Part shown: positions 38,030 to 48,000 of the stretch, in pieces
Position numbering within the stretch: position 1 is the stretch's first letter
How the letters are laid out: each line of letters begins with the position of its first letter
Assembly (NCBI GenBank): GCA_963723485.1
Contig: CAVRQS010000003.1
Location: 376,371-440,370, forward strand
DNA: 64,000 bases
Source of the DNA: Vulcanimicrobiota bacterium
Lineage (GTDB): Bacteria > Vulcanimicrobiota > Vulcanimicrobiia > Vulcanimicrobiales > Vulcanimicrobiaceae
Direction of reading: 5' to 3'
Program-made: the position numbers and the translations under genes
The notes under the pieces: model-generated
What the model saw: only the letters and a program-made list of their open reading frames with translations
Databases searched by the model: none
What the model was told of the DNA's origin: nothing

Positions 38030-38665
38030 GTGTCCACGCCACTACGATCCGCCGCTGCCTACGTGCCGCCCCGCCGCACGCTTTCGAGCCTCCGCGCCGC
38101 GGCCGCGCGTTGCCGCGGCTGCGATCTGTACAAGCGTGCGTCCCAGACCGTGTTCGGAGAGGGTAAGACGCGCGTGCCGTTGATGCTCGTCGGCGAGCAG
38201 CCCGGCGACAGTGAGGATCGTGCCGGGCGCCCCTTCGTGGGACCGGCAGGCAGAGTTCTTCACGATGCGATGGAGGCCGCCGGCATCGATCCGCGCGACG
38301 TGTACGTAACGAACGCCGTGAAGCACTTCAAGTTCGTCGAGCGCGGCAAGCGGCGCATCCACAGCAAGCCGAAGACGATCGAAATACGCGCCTGCAAGCC
38401 CTGGCTGGACGCCGAGATCGACGCCGTAAAGCCGGCGTTGATCGTCGCACTCGGGGCCACCGCGGCCCAGTCTTTGCTCGGGACCGGCTTTAAACTGCTT
38501 GCGAACCGAGCGCGAGTCATCGTGTCCGACGGCGTCGCCAAACCCGTGCTCGCCACGATCCATCCGTCGGCTATCCTGCGCGCGCCGGATCGCGATGCGC
38601 GCCGCTCCGAAATGCAAAGGTTTATCCGGGATCTGGAGATCGCTGCGGACGCATCCCGGGTATAG
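38030..38665 (+). CDS. udgX: UdgX-type uracil-DNA binding protein (family 4 UDG-like, KRRIH loop)
   Basis: CRGCDLY (Fe-S Cys), motif A GEQPG rather than GEAPG, NAVKHFKF, the insertion GKRRIHSKP, and motif B HPSAILR. All match the UdgX pattern known from Mycobacterium smegmatis. Confidence 0.85.
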   Translation: MSTPLRSAAAYVPPRRTLSSLRAAAARCRGCDLYKRASQTVFGEGKTRVPLMLVGEQPGDSEDRAGRPFVGPAGRVLHDAMEAAGIDPRDVYVTNAVKHFKFVERGKRRIHSKPKTIEIRACKPWLDAEIDAVKPALIVALGATAAQSLLGTGFKLLANRARVIVSDGVAKPVLATIHPSAILRAPDRDARRSEMQRFIRDLEIAADASRV

Positions 38666-38672
38666 GATCGGC

Positions 38673-38975
38673 ATGCGCAACGTAGAGTCGGTTCGCCAAG
38701 GGTTTTCGGTGCTCGAGAACGGAGGCGCGCTTCAAACCGCGGTGATGGTGCTCGAGCCGGGCGAGGAAAGCGGACCGTACGGCAACGAGCATCCCTCGAG
38801 CGAACAGGTCCTACTCGTCGTCGACGGGTCCCTCGAAGCCGAAATCGATGGCCGCAGCTTCACGATGGGGCCGGGGGATAGCGTCGTCGTGGCCCACAGC
38901 GCGCCTCATCGTTTCGCGAACGTCTCGAAGAAGCGCGCGCTGACCTTTAACGTGTACGCGCCGAAGGCGTATTGA
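38673..38975 (+). CDS. cupin domain protein
   Basis: ORF trimmed to the ATG at 38673. 100 aa. G.EHPSSEQVLLVVDG and GDSVVVAHSAPHRFAN are the two cupin motifs. Confidence 0.8.
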   Translation: MRNVESVRQGFSVLENGGALQTAVMVLEPGEESGPYGNEHPSSEQVLLVVDGSLEAEIDGRSFTMGPGDSVVVAHSAPHRFANVSKKRALTFNVYAPKAY

Positions 38976-39480
38976 CCTCGGCGTCGCGGACCATTCTTTC
39001 CGGCGGGCTTGCCGCGCTACGATCTCCGGCCTCGCGCGGCGATCCGACGTCCTCCTCAGACGACCCCACGAGGTGGGCGTGCGCGACGTTCCCGCCGAGC
39101 GTAGCGGCGATTGCGAGCACGACGATGCCGAGACCGGTGAGCGCGTATCCCGCCACCGAGGTGTGGTCCAAGAAGCGTACGGCGCACGCGAGGCCGAACA
39201 GCACGATCATCGCCGCGTTCAACGCCATGTGCCAGCCGGCAACGCTCTTCGCGGTCGCGGTCATCGGGGCGCTGAGGTAGTCGACGAAACCGAAAAACGC
39301 CGCGAGTAGCGCGCCGAGCAGTCCGAAGAGCAGCAGCCACGTGCTCATTGCCGCCCAAAAGACGGGACCGGCCCATATCGAGATGACGTCACAAACGACG
39401 GCCGCGACGAAGCAGCCGATTGGAAACGTCACCAGCATCGGGTGGACGGGGTGGCCGGCAATCGTTGCTTTTCCTTGCAT
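38947..39480 (-). CDS. DUF2231-like membrane protein
   Basis: GHPVHPMLVTFPIGCFVAAVVCD, four helices, and GGNVAHAHLVG near the C-terminus. Confidence 0.8.
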   Translation of the reverse strand: MQGKATIAGHPVHPMLVTFPIGCFVAAVVCDVISIWAGPVFWAAMSTWLLLFGLLGALLAAFFGFVDYLSAPMTATAKSVAGWHMALNAAMIVLFGLACAVRFLDHTSVAGYALTGLGIVVLAIAATLGGNVAHAHLVGSSEEDVGSPREAGDRSAASPPERMVRDAEVNTPSARTR

Positions 39481-39542
39481 TGCGAGTCCCTACCCATCCC
39501 TCATGGTGGGGAATCTCCAAGCGGCCGCAAGCCTACTGGAAG

Positions 39543-39884
39543 CTATAGTGAGTTTACGTATGCCGCGACGTCGCGCAGTTGGTCGTCCGTCAGAAATTTC
39601 GGATAGAGCCGCGGCATCGGCGGCTGCGGATCTTCGATCCACGAAACGGTCGCGTCGTAGTCCATGCGCATCGACTCGTGACGCAGCGACGGACCAACGA
39701 TGCCGCCTTCGACGCCGGTGCGTCCGTGGCAGGTCGCGCAATTCGTCCGAAAGATCTCGGCACCCGCCTCCCGGTCACCGCCGTAGGTCGTCGCGTCGCC
39801 CGCGACAGCACCGCTCGTCTGCGTTCCCGCCGAACTGCAGCCCGTGACGATTGCGAGGAGTACCAGCGAGGCGAGCGCCCTCAC
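39543..39884 (-). CDS. monohaem cytochrome c lipoprotein
   Basis: GTG start at 39884 overlaps the upstream stop (GTGA). Lipobox LLAIVTGC. Haem motif CATCH with a distal Met (PPMPRL). Confidence 0.8.
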   Translation of the reverse strand: MRALASLVLLAIVTGCSSAGTQTSGAVAGDATTYGGDREAGAEIFRTNCATCHGRTGVEGGIVGPSLRHESMRMDYDATVSWIEDPQPPMPRLYPKFLTDDQLRDVAAYVNSL

Positions 39885-40542
39885 TCGTTGGTGGACGCTT
39901 GCGCATGCGCCGACTCCAGAGCGAACGAGTAATCTTTGAACTGCGCGCTTGCGGAGAGGTCGAGATGCGGCTCGTCGATGTCGGCCGTGAGCGAGGCGGG
40001 CAACATGAACCCGTCGACACTGCCGAAATTGACGTTCATCTTGATTTCGGTTCCGTCGTTGTACGACGCATCGATTTGCCGCGCGCACCACTTCGGCCCG
40101 AGGGCGACGACCGCGCCCTTCAAAGAGGAGTCGTCGATTGCGCGCAAATCGAACAAGGTAGCGCCGTCTTCCTGCCCCGCTTCTTGGTACAGGAAGCGCG
40201 AGGGCCATAGGGATGGCTCCAACATCGCAAGATCCGTGTCGTGCGCGCGTGGCGGCGCAAACCACGGCAGCTTCGTAAAATGGACCTCGTACGCTTTGCC
40301 GGGCTCGTACCTGCCCACCCCCGAGGCGCGGAAATGCAGCCACGGAAAGTGGCGCATCGCCATCGCAACGTCGACGTCAAAAGTGAAGGCGGGCAACGAG
40401 GGTGTCCTAGCAAAATTCGTCCCGGGGCCTCCGGGGTTGTTGCAGGCTCGCGCGGGCGCGGTGCACAGGAGCGACGCGAGCGCCGCCAAGAGGAGAATGC
40501 TCTCCGGTGCGCGTCCGCCTTCCCAGTTTGGGATATAAGCCA
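39881..40542 (-). CDS. hypothetical secreted protein
   Basis: The preferred start is GTG at 40542, which gives the signal-like ILLLAALASLLCTAPARA. A TATACT box lies 6 nt upstream. ATG at 40660 is the ORF-track start. No family recognised. Confidence 0.5.
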
Positions 40543-40641
40543 CAAATAAAGTATACCCATGCCTGGAGGGGCGCACTACAGCGCAATGATCATTCTCCGA
40601 AGGGGGTGCGGCCGGGCGACCGGCCGTAACCCGATCACCTG

Positions 40642-41784
40642 ATGGAACGGGGACCCGCATGGCGTAACGCTGCGGACGCCTGGTTCAAGCTGCTAGCGGC
40701 GATAGGGATCGGCTACTTCTTGCTCGGGCAGACCGTTGCCATACTGAAGGATTTCAGTGGCATAGCGGTCATTCTGATCGGCGGCATTCTGCTCGCATAT
40801 TTCGTCTATCCCGCAATCGCCCGCCTCAACCGCCGGCTGCCTCTCTGGGCGGCGTTATCGATCGTCTACGTCAGCGGGCTCGTCGTCATTGCGGCCATCT
40901 TTTACCTGCTCGTGCCGCAGGCCGTCGCCCAGATCGAGGGCCTCGTCCACGACTGGCCGATCATCGAAAAGTCGGTGCGCGGCTATATCGAGAGTCCGGA
41001 CAATCCGTTCTTCACGACGCTGCCCGCGGCCGCTCAGGATTGGATTATGAAGCTGCCGAGTCAGGTGGGCGCGGATTTGCAGCGCCATGCGCTCGCGTAC
41101 GGTTCTCGGGTGGTCAACGCTCTCGCGATCGTCGTCGGCGTCGGCGCATTGGCCATCGCGATACCGGTTGTGTCGATCTACATGCTTGCCGAATCGCCGA
41201 TGATCAAACGCTTCTTCGTGCAAAGCTTCAAGCCGCGCTCTCGCGCTCGGGTCGTAGCGATCCTGCACGACGTCGATCAGGTGATCGGGGGATTCATTCG
41301 CGGGCAGATCATCGTCGCGGCGGTCGTGGGAATCCTCGCGATCGTCGCCCTCATGATCCTGCACGTTCGCTACGCGGTCATCATCGGCGTCTGGGCAGGC
41401 ATCATGGATATCATTCCGTACATCGGCCCCATCGCGGGCGCCATCCCCGCGGTGATCGTTGCGTTGATCTTCAACGGGCCCGGCGCCGCGCTCGGCGTGA
41501 TAGTAGCGTTCACCGTGATCAATCAACTGGAGGGACACCTGCTCGCGCCTCGCATCGTCAGCAACAGTGTGAAAATCACGCCGCTGGCGGTCATCTTCGC
41601 GCTGCTGATCTGCGCCAAAATCTTCGGGTTCATCGGCCTGATCGTCGCCGTCCCTCTCGCCGGAATCGTCCGCGTGTTTCTCACGCACATCTTCCAAGAG
41701 GATGCCGTAACAAACGCGCAGCTGAAGCCTGGCCTGACTCAGGCGCCCCGTTCTCGAGTCGATCCTCGAGCCACGAAATCGTAG
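40642..41784 (+). CDS. AI-2E family transporter (PerM/UPF0118)
   Basis: 380 aa with 8 helices. The motif IPYIGPIAGAIPAVIVAL...QLEGHLLAPRIV is typical of the family. Confidence 0.9.
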   Translation: MERGPAWRNAADAWFKLLAAIGIGYFLLGQTVAILKDFSGIAVILIGGILLAYFVYPAIARLNRRLPLWAALSIVYVSGLVVIAAIFYLLVPQAVAQIEGLVHDWPIIEKSVRGYIESPDNPFFTTLPAAAQDWIMKLPSQVGADLQRHALAYGSRVVNALAIVVGVGALAIAIPVVSIYMLAESPMIKRFFVQSFKPRSRARVVAILHDVDQVIGGFIRGQIIVAAVVGILAIVALMILHVRYAVIIGVWAGIMDIIPYIGPIAGAIPAVIVALIFNGPGAALGVIVAFTVINQLEGHLLAPRIVSNSVKITPLAVIFALLICAKIFGFIGLIVAVPLAGIVRVFLTHIFQEDAVTNAQLKPGLTQAPRSRVDPRATKS

Positions 41785-41811
41785 CGGCCGAAAGGTGGGT
41801 ACACCGATGGC

Positions 41812-42534
41812 ATGAAGCTCGCTGCCGGCGCGCTTGCGCTGCTGGCGTTCGTGCCGCTGAAGGCTCCGTCTGCCGAGGAAGCGGCCGACCTCTACGCGAT
41901 GCACTGCTCGTCGTGTCACGGCGACCACGGCCAAGGGTCCAACGTCGCACCGTCGCTGATCGGCCGGTCGGCAGCCGACATTCACTTCATGCTCGACACC
42001 GGCAGGATGCCCGCGACGATCCCGTATGTCGGCGAAATTCATCGCGAGCCGCGCTTCACGCAGGTACAGATGGCCCGGCTAGTGCGCTACATCCAGGCGT
42101 TCTCGCCGGCTCCGCCGGACGCGTCGCTGCCGCTCGTAATGCCGGGGAACGTCCAGCGCGGCCGCGCGCTCTTCGCCGAGAACTGCGCCCAGTGCCACGG
42201 CGCCGCGGGCGCCGGCGCTTCCGTGGGATCCGCCGACGTCGCACCGTCGCTCGGCGTTGCGACGGTCTTCCAGGTGGCAGAGGCCATCCGTGCCGGACCG
42301 TCCGTTATGCCGCGCTTCGGACCCGACGTGTTGAGCGATCAGGACGTCAGCGACATAGCCCGGTACGTCAACTACGCACAGACGCAGGCCGGCATTCCCA
42401 ACGGGGAGGACGCAGGCGGCTTCTCGTTGGGCCACGTCGGACCGGTCGCGGAGGGCTTCGTGGCTTGGCTCTTCGGATTGGGCGCGCTGGTGCTGTTCGT
42501 CCGCAGGATCGGCACGGCCGGCACGGACGAGTGA
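41812..42534 (+). CDS. qcrC: dihaem cytochrome c subunit of the bc1 complex (QcrC-like)
   Basis: Signal peptide, two CxxCH motifs (CSSCH, CAQCH) and a C-terminal TM anchor (FVAWLFGLGALVLFV), as in actinobacterial QcrC. Confidence 0.8.
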   Translation: MKLAAGALALLAFVPLKAPSAEEAADLYAMHCSSCHGDHGQGSNVAPSLIGRSAADIHFMLDTGRMPATIPYVGEIHREPRFTQVQMARLVRYIQAFSPAPPDASLPLVMPGNVQRGRALFAENCAQCHGAAGAGASVGSADVAPSLGVATVFQVAEAIRAGPSVMPRFGPDVLSDQDVSDIARYVNYAQTQAGIPNGEDAGGFSLGHVGPVAEGFVAWLFGLGALVLFVRRIGTAGTDE

Positions 42535-42548
42535 TCGAGGCGCAGGAT

Positions 42549-42941
42549 CTAGGGCCCGGTTCGCGCGCTTTCCGCACCGAGTCGCCAAAAACACAGGATC
42601 ATTCCAATCAAACCGGCGATGCCGAGGAGCGGCGACCAAAGCATTCCAACCAGAAGTGCGAGCGTGCACAGCGCTATCAAAATCGGCCATGGACTCTCGG
42701 TCGTGAACACGTCGAGCACCTCGCCGGCGACGCGCTCGTTAGTCTCGTCCGGATCGTCGCCCTCCAAGTGCGCCTCGCGCTCGGCCAGCACCGCATAGAG
42801 CGTCGCGAATGCCAGCGCGGCCCCCATCACGGCGAGCAGCGCCGTGCCCGCAGCCTCTTCGTGCGCAACGAACCAGTATACGATCGCGATCGCGAAACCG
42901 AACGCGGCATCGATTGCAAACAATCCGACGAACGTCTTCAT
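42549..42941 (-). CDS. ctaF: cytochrome c oxidase subunit IV (actinobacterial CtaF type)
   Basis: 130 aa with 4 helices. Motifs YWFVAHEEAAGTALL and AGEVLDVFTTESPWP. Located directly downstream of ctaD. Confidence 0.75.
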   Translation of the reverse strand: MKTFVGLFAIDAAFGFAIAIVYWFVAHEEAAGTALLAVMGAALAFATLYAVLAEREAHLEGDDPDETNERVAGEVLDVFTTESPWPILIALCTLALLVGMLWSPLLGIAGLIGMILCFWRLGAESARTGP

Positions 42942-42948
42942 TCTTCGC

Positions 42949-44502
42949 TCAAGACTCCAGCGCCGGCCGACGGCCCCGAATCGGCGGCAGCGCCTCGAAA
43001 TTGAACTCCGGCGGGGGCGAGCTCGTCATCCACTCGAGCGAATAGCCGCCCCAGGGATTATCAGCGACCGGTGCCCTTCTCCGTGCCGAGACGAGCACGT
43101 CGACGAAGAAAGCGATCGCGCCAAGGGTCATCAAGGCGGCGCCCAAGGACGCGATTCCGTTGAGCAACGCCAGGTGGCCGATCGCGGGATAAGTGTAGAC
43201 GCGGCGCGCCATGCCTTCCATGCCCATGAAGCCCATCGGAATAAATGTCCCGTTGAAGCCCACGAAGAGCAAGGCGAAGGCCCAGCGGCCGATGCGCTCG
43301 TCGAGCCGGACGCCGAACATCTTCGGAAACCAGAAATACAGCGCGCCGAAGAGGGCGAACATACTTCCGCCGCCGATCGTATAGTGGAAGTGCTGAACGA
43401 TGAAGTAACTGTCGTGGGCATGGTAATCGATGGGCGGCGACGCGATCATCACGCCCGTGATGCCCCCGATGAGAAAATTCAGCATGAAGCCGATCGCGAA
43501 CAGCATGGGAACGGTCAAGGCGATGGATCCCTTCCACATGGTCCCGATCCAGTTGACGAACTTCACGCCCGTAGGGACCGCGATCAGGAAGGAGACTGCG
43601 GAGAAGAACGGGTTGCTCACCGCCCCCGTCGTGAACATGTGGTGCGCCCATACGCCAAGCGACAGGCCTGCGATTGCAAAGGCCGCGATTACCATCCCGA
43701 CGTATCCGAAGACGGGCTTCCGCGAGAACGTGGCGACGATCTCGGTAATGATGCCGAAATAGGGCAGGATCATCACGTAAACTTCCGGGTGGCCGAAGAA
43801 CCAAAAAAGGTGCTGATAGAGAATCGGATTGCCGCCGAATGCAGGGTCGAAGAAGTGTCCGCCCATGTGCCGTTCGATCAGCACGAGGGCGAACGCGGCG
43901 GCCAGCGACGGGAAGGCCATCAGTACCAGGACGGCGGTGGCCACGATCTCCCACGTGAAGATCGGCATCCGCCACATCGTCATGCCGGGTGCGCGAAGCA
44001 GAAAGACGGTCACGAGCAGATTGATCGACGTGACGATCGTGGAGACGCTCGTCATCAACAGACCGATGAAGAACAGGTCCTGCCCCGCCCCGGTGCCCTC
44101 GAAGAACTCGTCGAGCGGCGCATAGGAGGTCCAGCCCGTCGCCGCCGCTCCGCCATACGCCGCGAGGCCCGCGAAGACGGTGATTCCGCCGAGCACGAAC
44201 AGCCACAGCCCCGTCGCGTTGAGCCGGGGAAAGGCCACGTCCGGCGCACCGATTTGAAGCGGAACCAAGTAGTTGGCCAGACCGATTCCGAAGGGCGCGA
44301 TCACCAGGAAAATCATGGCGGTGCCGTGCAGAGTAAAGATCTGATTGTACGCGTGCGCGCTCAACAACGAATTATCCGGCACGGCCAATTGCGCGCGAAT
44401 CAGCGCGGCGAGCACTCCCGCCGCGACGAAGAAGCCTAGCGTCGCAACGACGTACATGATGCCGATCTTCTTGTGATCGGTGGTCGTGATCCACTCGATC
44501 AC
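42949..44502 (-). CDS. ctaD: cytochrome c oxidase subunit I
   Basis: GTG start at 44502 overlaps the ctaC stop (GTGA). WITTTDHKKIGIMY, FFGHPEVYV, WAHHMF and HDSYFIVQHFHY haem/CuB ligand motifs. The ORF-track start at 44706 is an upstream artefact. Confidence 0.95.
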   Translation of the reverse strand: MIEWITTTDHKKIGIMYVVATLGFFVAAGVLAALIRAQLAVPDNSLLSAHAYNQIFTLHGTAMIFLVIAPFGIGLANYLVPLQIGAPDVAFPRLNATGLWLFVLGGITVFAGLAAYGGAAATGWTSYAPLDEFFEGTGAGQDLFFIGLLMTSVSTIVTSINLLVTVFLLRAPGMTMWRMPIFTWEIVATAVLVLMAFPSLAAAFALVLIERHMGGHFFDPAFGGNPILYQHLFWFFGHPEVYVMILPYFGIITEIVATFSRKPVFGYVGMVIAAFAIAGLSLGVWAHHMFTTGAVSNPFFSAVSFLIAVPTGVKFVNWIGTMWKGSIALTVPMLFAIGFMLNFLIGGITGVMIASPPIDYHAHDSYFIVQHFHYTIGGGSMFALFGALYFWFPKMFGVRLDERIGRWAFALLFVGFNGTFIPMGFMGMEGMARRVYTYPAIGHLALLNGIASLGAALMTLGAIAFFVDVLVSARRRAPVADNPWGGYSLEWMTSSPPPEFNFEALPPIRGRRPALES

Positions 44503-45155
44503 GGCGTGACCGTTCCGTTCGTGGCGAGGTAGCGCGCGTATGCCGCTGCCGGAACGACCCGCACGACGAACGTCATCAAGGCGTGATCGAGACCGCAGAA
44601 CTGAGCACACCGTGACGGGAAGCGACCCGTTCGGGTTGGAGTGATGTCGAAGACGTTGGTCATGCCCGGGATCGCGTCGCGCTTGAAGAGGAAGGCCGGG
44701 ATCCAAAACGAGTGCGTCACGTCTTCAGATCGCAGGTCGATCTCCGTCGGCCGCCCGAGCGGCAGGTAGAGCGTCGGCGGCACCATCGGCGTACCTAAAC
44801 CTGAAACACCTCCGGGGTACTGAAACCGCCACGACCAACGAAACGCGGTGACGACGATCCGATTCGGCGGATCGGCGACGCGATCGATCGGCATCTCGAT
44901 CGCGAACGTCACCCCGAACAGCGCGATGACCAGAAGCAGCGGAATAGCGACGTAGAGAATTTCGAGGGGCGTGTTGCCGCTGAACTGCGCGGGCGCGCGG
45001 CCCTCGCGCTCGCGATAGGCGAGGAGGCACCAGGCGATGCACGCGTACACGAAGATTCCGACAAACAGCCCCGCGCCGATAAAGACGTACCAATCGGTAC
45101 GCATCGCGACGCCCTCCGCGGACGCCGGATTCAACAGCCACTCCACTGCGTGCAT
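44499..45155 (-). CDS. ctaC: cytochrome c oxidase subunit II (no fused cytochrome c domain)
   Basis: Two TM helices. CuA motif DVTHSFWIP...CAQFCGLDHALM. Confidence 0.9.
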   Translation of the reverse strand: MHAVEWLLNPASAEGVAMRTDWYVFIGAGLFVGIFVYACIAWCLLAYREREGRAPAQFSGNTPLEILYVAIPLLLVIALFGVTFAIEMPIDRVADPPNRIVVTAFRWSWRFQYPGGVSGLGTPMVPPTLYLPLGRPTEIDLRSEDVTHSFWIPAFLFKRDAIPGMTNVFDITPTRTGRFPSRCAQFCGLDHALMTFVVRVVPAAAYARYLATNGTVTP

Positions 45156-45210
45156 CTCTTACCCAATTGCTCGTCGTGTAGAAAAGCGGTGACGCGGGTA
45201 GTACGAAGCC

Positions 45211-45801
45211 ATGCCTAGTTCGGCGAACGGCAGCGCTCGGCCGCTTGCGCCGCTGCCTGTTCGCGCGCATCCGCTGGTTTTCGGCGTCGTCTTGTTGCTC
45301 GCGTCGGAGCTGATGTTCTTTGCCGCCCTCTTTGCGGCGTATTACGACCTGCGCGCGAATCGCGCGCAGTGGCCGCCGCCGATGGTACACCTCGACGTTC
45401 CCGAGGCGAGCTTCGGCACGTTTTTGCTGTTCGCAGCATCGGCCGTCATGCTGCTGACGACGCGCGCGATGGATCGCGGACGCCTGCGCGCCGCACGCTG
45501 GTGGACGGCCAGCGCGATAGTCGCGGCGATCGGCTTCGTCGCGGTCGCGATCCACGGCTACTCCAAAGACGCGTTCACGATAGCGACCAACGCGTATGGC
45601 TCGATCTATTACACCATGACCGGCTTCCATTTGCTCCACGTGATCGCCGGCATCGGTATACTCGCCGCTCTGCTGATCGGGATGCGCAGCCGCGCGCTGC
45701 TCGTCAACCAGCGCGCCGGCGCCGAGGCGATGACCTACTACTGGCACTTTGTCTTCATCGTGTGGCTCGGCATCTTCGGCACCATCTACTTCGTGCGATG
45801 A
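45211..45801 (+). CDS. ctaE: cytochrome c oxidase subunit III
   Basis: 196 aa with 5 helices. Motifs ASELMFFAALF, YYTMTGFHLLHV and YWHFVFIVW. Confidence 0.9.
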   Translation: MPSSANGSARPLAPLPVRAHPLVFGVVLLLASELMFFAALFAAYYDLRANRAQWPPPMVHLDVPEASFGTFLLFAASAVMLLTTRAMDRGRLRAARWWTASAIVAAIGFVAVAIHGYSKDAFTIATNAYGSIYYTMTGFHLLHVIAGIGILAALLIGMRSRALLVNQRAGAEAMTYYWHFVFIVWLGIFGTIYFVR

Positions 45802-46610
45802 GTCCGCGCAGGCAGCTGGCCGTCGCGGGCGCGCTGTTCGCCGCCGTACTGGGCAGCGCCGGCTTCATCGCCGCGTACTTCACCGGGGGCGATCGTCTCT
45901 ACGAGGGAGTCGCTATCGCAATTGCCGCCGCCGGCCTTTGCGGCGCCTCCCTCGGGTGGGCGTTCTGGATCGTGCCGCCCGAAGAGGTGACCGACCAAAT
46001 AGAGACCTATCCTTCGCCGCCGGGGGAGCGCTCGGCCGAAGAAGCAGCAGTCGCCGCCGATCTCCGCGCCGTGTCGCGTCCGCACGCGCTGGTCTATCTG
46101 CTCTACGCCGCGCTCGGTAGTTTCGCCGCGGCGCTCATCGTGCCGATTCGGTCGCTCGGTCCCGCGCCGGCCGACGCGCTCTTTCATACGCGTTGGCGTC
46201 GGGGCACCCCGCTCGTGCGCGAGGACGGCAGCGTCATAAGCGTCGACACGCTCAACGTGGATTCTGCGGTCACCGTCTTCCCGCAAGGCGCCGTCGGCGA
46301 CGCGCAGTCGCAAGCCACGCTGATTCGCCTCCCCAAAGACGTCCCGGGCAGCGTGCGCGGCTACGTCGCCTACTCGCGCCTCTGCACGCACGCCGGTTGT
46401 CCGGTAGCGCTCTACCGCGCCGCCGCGAGAGAGCTGCTCTGTCCCTGTCACCAGTCGGTGTTCGACGTCGTCGGCAACGGCGCGGTGATCTCGGGTCCCG
46501 CCGATCACGCGCTACCGCAACTCCCGATCGCCGTCGCGGCGGACGGAAAGCTGGTCGCGACCGGCGACTTCCCGGAACCGGTCGGCCCAAGCTTTTGGGA
46601 GCGGAGCTGA
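45798..46610 (+). CDS. qcrA: Rieske iron-sulfur subunit of the bc1 complex
   Basis: ATG at 45798 overlaps the ctaE stop (ATGA). N-terminal TM helices. Rieske boxes CTHAGCP and CPCHQSVF. Confidence 0.9.
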   Translation: MSPRRQLAVAGALFAAVLGSAGFIAAYFTGGDRLYEGVAIAIAAAGLCGASLGWAFWIVPPEEVTDQIETYPSPPGERSAEEAAVAADLRAVSRPHALVYLLYAALGSFAAALIVPIRSLGPAPADALFHTRWRRGTPLVREDGSVISVDTLNVDSAVTVFPQGAVGDAQSQATLIRLPKDVPGSVRGYVAYSRLCTHAGCPVALYRAAARELLCPCHQSVFDVVGNGAVISGPADHALPQLPIAVAADGKLVATGDFPEPVGPSFWERS

Positions 46611-46629
46611 TCGTGCTTGCCCTTACGAC

Positions 46630-48000
46630 ATGACCAACGTCGAGCGGTTCCTGCTGTGGGTCGACGACCGTCTGGGAACGGCGCATTTCGTGCCCCACGC
46701 GCTGCGCAAGGCATTCCCCGACCACTGGTCGTTCATGCTCGGCGAGATCAACCTGTACGTATTCCTCGTGTTGCTCGCGACGGGCACGTTCCTAGCGTTC
46801 TTCTTCAAGCCGAGCGCCGCGGAGACGATCTACCACGGACCATATAGGCTGCTCGATGGCGCGCACGTCTCGCACGCCTACGCGTCGACGCTGGATCTGA
46901 GCTTCGTCGTCAACTGCGGCCTGCTGGTGCGTCAGATCCATCATTGGGCCGCGCTCGTTTTCGTTGCCGGCATCGCGACGCACATGGGGCGCGTATTCTT
47001 CACGGCGGCGTTCCGCAGACCGCGCGAGATCAACTGGATCATTGGCGTGCTGCTCTTCTGGTCGGCGCTCTTCGAGGGGTTCACGGGTTATTCGCTGCCC
47101 GACGATCTCCTGAGTGGAATCGGATTGCGCATCGCGGACGCCGTGCTGCTCGCGGTCCCGGTGCTGGGTACTTGGCTATCGTTTCTGTTGATCGGGGGCA
47201 TCTATCCGACCGAGCAGATCGTCGAGCGGCTTTTCGTGGTGCACATCTATCTCATGCCGGCGATCATCGCGACCCTGATCGCGCTGCACCTAGCCATCGT
47301 GTGGCGCCAGAAGCATTCACAGTTCCCGGGGCCCGGCCGCACCGAGCACAACGTCGTCGGGTCGCCGATGGTGCCGCGGTACGCAGCCAAATCGATCGCG
47401 CTGCTGCTCGCCGTCGTCGCCGCCCTATCGGCGCTCGGGGCGCTGGTCCAGATCAATCCCGTGTGGCTATGGGGACCGTACAAGTCGTGGATCGCGTCGA
47501 GCCCAGCGCAGCCGGACTGGTACATCGGCTGGCTCGAGGGTGCGCTGCGCATGGGTCCCGCGTTCGCACTGCATCTCTGGGGCCATACGGTCCCATCGCC
47601 ATTTTGGCCCGCGGCGTTGTTGCCGCTCGTTTTATTCGTTCTTTTGCTGATCTGGCCGTGGATCGACGCCGCCCTGCGCCACGATCGGCGCCCGCATCAA
47701 TTGCTCGACAACCCGCGCGACGTTCCGTGGCGCACGGCCCTCGGCGTGGCGGTCTTCGTCTTTGCCCTCGGGCTCACGCTTGCCGGAAGCGACGACGTGC
47801 AGGCGCGTTACGTGCACGCGCCGATCACGGCGATTACGCAATTCTACAGGTACTTCTGCATCGTCGGACCGATCTTGGGGTTCGTGATCGCATACGTTGT
47901 CGCCGCCGAGTTGCGGGCGAGCGGCGGCGTACAGAAGGCGCCGCGCATCCGGCTCCGCCGCAACGCGCGCGGCGGCTTCGACGAGGAGCCGCTCCCGTGA
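46630..48000 (+). CDS. qcrB: cytochrome b subunit of the bc1 complex
   Basis: 456 aa. Motifs FPDHWSFMLGEINLY and RQIHHWAA. The long actinobacterial-type QcrB architecture. Confidence 0.92.
   Translation: MTNVERFLLWVDDRLGTAHFVPHALRKAFPDHWSFMLGEINLYVFLVLLATGTFLAFFFKPSAAETIYHGPYRLLDGAHVSHAYASTLDLSFVVNCGLLVRQIHHWAALVFVAGIATHMGRVFFTAAFRRPREINWIIGVLLFWSALFEGFTGYSLPDDLLSGIGLRIADAVLLAVPVLGTWLSFLLIGGIYPTEQIVERLFVVHIYLMPAIIATLIALHLAIVWRQKHSQFPGPGRTEHNVVGSPMVPRYAAKSIALLLAVVAALSALGALVQINPVWLWGPYKSWIASSPAQPDWYIGWLEGALRMGPAFALHLWGHTVPSPFWPAALLPLVLFVLLLIWPWIDAALRHDRRPHQLLDNPRDVPWRTALGVAVFVFALGLTLAGSDDVQARYVHAPITAITQFYRYFCIVGPILGFVIAYVVAAELRASGGVQKAPRIRLRRNARGGFDEEPLP

Noticed and set aside
46944-47996. 5' third of the 1270-codon ORF 46944..50756, and similar very long ORFs such as 7353..8483, 17211..18368, 30265..32463, 41040..43004, 42844..44439, 43061..44206 and 49938..50846
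   Set aside because: These are Arg/Ala/Gly/Pro-rich translations lying antisense to, or out of frame with, genes that carry unmistakable family motifs (qcrB, ctaD, rpoC, the receptor and others). Long stop-free shadow frames of this kind are expected in high-GC DNA.
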